From an uncultured delta proteobacterium (lineage in GTDB: Bacteria; Desulfobacterota; Desulfobaccia; Desulfobaccales; 0-14-0-80-60-11): 64,000 nucleotides of DNA. The stretch lies in NCBI GenBank assembly GCA_963812015.1, contig CAWETI010000003.1:96001-160000 (forward strand). Direction: 5' to 3'. A program made the translations under genes and the position numbers. Shown here in pieces: positions 62,315 through 64,000 of this stretch. Under the pieces are notes generated by a model. It did not search any database, was not told the origin of the DNA, and worked only from the letters and a program-made list of their open reading frames with translations. The number at the start of each line of letters is the position of its first letter. Position 1 is the first letter of the stretch.

Positions 62315-63790
62315 ATGACCTCCTCCCAGACACCTCGGACCTTGATACGCAAGCCGCCGGAGGGGCTTTTTGCCCGCCTCCTGGACAGCCTCTCCGATAT
62401 GTATGCCCTGGTCCTGGACGAGGATCTCCGCATCACCTATGCTAATGTCTCGTTCCTGAAGCACTTCGGGCTCAAGTGGGAAAAAATCATCGGCACTCCT
62501 TGTCAGGATTTGGGAACGCCTTTTCTGGGCACCGACGCCCTGAAGGTGGGTTTCTGCCCCGAGGAGATGAGCCCCTGGTATCCGTCCCGAACTCTTCTGA
62601 CCCGGGAAGCCCAGGACAAGGTTTATGTCTATGAGTGCACCCTGTACCACCTGGCAGGCAGCCGCGGGGCCACTTGGAACCTGTGGTCTCTCCGGGATGT
62701 CACCGACCGCTTCCGGCTGGAATCCCGGGTCCGGCAGATGGGCGAACTGGAACGCAACCTGGTCCAGGCCTCCATGGATGGGATCATCGTCAATGACATG
62801 CTGGGAAACGTCCTGATCTTCAACGACGGCGCCGGTAAAATCCTGGGGTATGCTCCGGAAGAGGTCATCGGCAAGATCAAGGTCTACCGATTCTATCCGG
62901 ATAAAACCGCCCATGAAATTAAACGGTTGATTTACGACCCGGCCCAAGGGGGCGTGGGCATTCTGGAAAATTATGAAACCCAGGCCCTCCATAAGGACGG
63001 TTCCCCAGTGCCCATCTGGCTGTCGGCCCGCCTCTTGCACGAAGACGGCCGGGAGGTCGGCATCGTCGGCTATTTCAGGGACCTCCGGGAACGGCAGCGG
63101 CTGGAAACGGAACTCCTGCGGAACGAACGGCTGGCCACCCTGGGCAAGATGGTGGCCCGCATCAGTCACGAGATCAAGAATCCCCTGGTTACCATCGGCG
63201 GGTTTGCCGGTCAGTTGGGTCGCATGGCGGGCCTGCCCGAAGACGCCCGGCGCAAATTGACCCTCATTTATCAGGAGGTGCAGCGCCTGGAGAAGTTCCT
63301 CAGCGACATGAGCACCTTCACCCGGGGCGCCCCGCCGCAAAAGACCCAGGGGGACCTCCCGGCCCTGATCCGGGAAGTGGCGGAACTCATGGACAACAGC
63401 TTCAAGGAGCAGTCCGTGGTCTTCCACCTGCACACCCGGTCCCAGATCCCCACGTTGGCCTTTGATCCCGGACAGATTCGCCAGGTGCTGATCAATCTGT
63501 TCAAGAACGCCCTGGAGGCCATGCCCAAGGGCGGCGATTTAACCGTGACCGTCGAGGTTCAGGATGACTTTCTGGTTGTCGCCATCACCGACACCGGCAG
63601 CGGTATCACCCCGGAGGATCTGCAGAACCTGTTTACGCCGTTTTTCACCACCAAGCAGGGGGGCACCGGTTTGGGCCTGACCATCGTCCGGGGCCTCATC
63701 TCCCAACATCAGGGTGACATCAGCATCGCCAGCGAAGTGGGCCGGGGCACCACCTGCACCATTCGCCTGCCGATGGTTTCGGCCTCATAA
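62315..63790 (+). CDS. Cytoplasmic PAS-PAS sensor histidine kinase
   Basis: Two PAS domains, HEIKNPL, N box, DTGSG, FFTTK, GTGLGL; start uncertain. Confidence 0.9.
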   Translation: MTSSQTPRTLIRKPPEGLFARLLDSLSDMYALVLDEDLRITYANVSFLKHFGLKWEKIIGTPCQDLGTPFLGTDALKVGFCPEEMSPWYPSRTLLTREAQDKVYVYECTLYHLAGSRGATWNLWSLRDVTDRFRLESRVRQMGELERNLVQASMDGIIVNDMLGNVLIFNDGAGKILGYAPEEVIGKIKVYRFYPDKTAHEIKRLIYDPAQGGVGILENYETQALHKDGSPVPIWLSARLLHEDGREVGIVGYFRDLRERQRLETELLRNERLATLGKMVARISHEIKNPLVTIGGFAGQLGRMAGLPEDARRKLTLIYQEVQRLEKFLSDMSTFTRGAPPQKTQGDLPALIREVAELMDNSFKEQSVVFHLHTRSQIPTLAFDPGQIRQVLINLFKNALEAMPKGGDLTVTVEVQDDFLVVAITDTGSGITPEDLQNLFTPFFTTKQGGTGLGLTIVRGLISQHQGDISIASEVGRGTTCTIRLPMVSAS

Positions 63791-63792
63791 TC

Positions 63793-63891
63793 GAGGGGAG
63801 GGCCGGGGGATTTTTCGTATGTCAAATCCCCCACCCTCCCCTCGAACTCCCCTCCCCGTCCCCTTGGAGGGGCGGACCTGCGTGTCCGCCC
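63793..63891. repeat. G/C-tract hairpin repeat copy G fused to a REP-like unit
   Basis: GAGGGGAGGG...CCCTCCCCTC, C-tail, then GGGCGGAC..GTCCGCCC. Confidence 0.65.
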
Positions 63892-63903
63892 GAGGACGCT
63901 CCC

Positions 63904-64000
63904 TCAGGTTACGCCTAACCCCAAATCCTCCGGTAACAGGACCACTTCCCGTTCCAGGGCCACCCCCAGGGTCTGCCAGACTTTTTCCTGAATCGCGGCG
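63904..64000 (-). CDS. murB: 3' end of probable UDP-N-acetylmuramate dehydrogenase
   Basis: Manual translation AAIQEKVWQTLGVALEREVVLL...* resembles the MurB C-terminal G..LE.EV motif. Confidence 0.6.
   Translation of the reverse strand, partial: AAIQEKVWQTLGVALEREVVLLPEDLGLGVT

Overview
GC-rich bacterial chromosomal window, most likely from an anaerobic Desulfobacterota (deltaproteobacterial) organism. The lineage is inferred from gene content and order only. (1) 1-4.5 kb: a tungstate ABC transporter (tupB partial, tupA) sits in one run with a Tat-less PsrA/PhsA-like molybdopterin oxidoreductase and a divergent second TupA-like protein. (2) 5-8.4 kb: hpnN/hpnM-like RND transporter pair. (3) 8.8-16.8 kb: a sigma54-promoter operon tusA-mvhD-hdrA-hdrA'-wHTH-hdrC-(single CCG)-dsrE, followed by a convergent Cys-rich PAS sigma54 activator. 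This is the best candidate for an uncharacterised sulfur/persulfide-linked electron-transfer system. (4) 17.3-23.1 kb: Tat-exported aldo/keto reductase, polyferredoxin, DUF362 and DUF6599-like module. (5) rlmD, a small AT-richer islet ending in an IS3-like end, then leuS-lptE-holA, a low-GC SGNH gene and rpsT. (6) 33.9-56.3 kb: a long minus-strand housekeeping run xerC-hslVU-argBDF-argG-argH-lysA-dapFAB-dapL-folK-tal-pgsA, interrupted by accessory genes and many small palindromic repeats. (7) 56.5-64 kb: a structured ncRNA candidate, dGTPase-like HD protein, EEP, L,D-transpeptidase, MBL hydrolase, PAS kinase and the murB 3' end. I recognised no rRNA, tRNA, CRISPR array or intact transposase. 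All calls come from reading motifs by eye; no searches were run.
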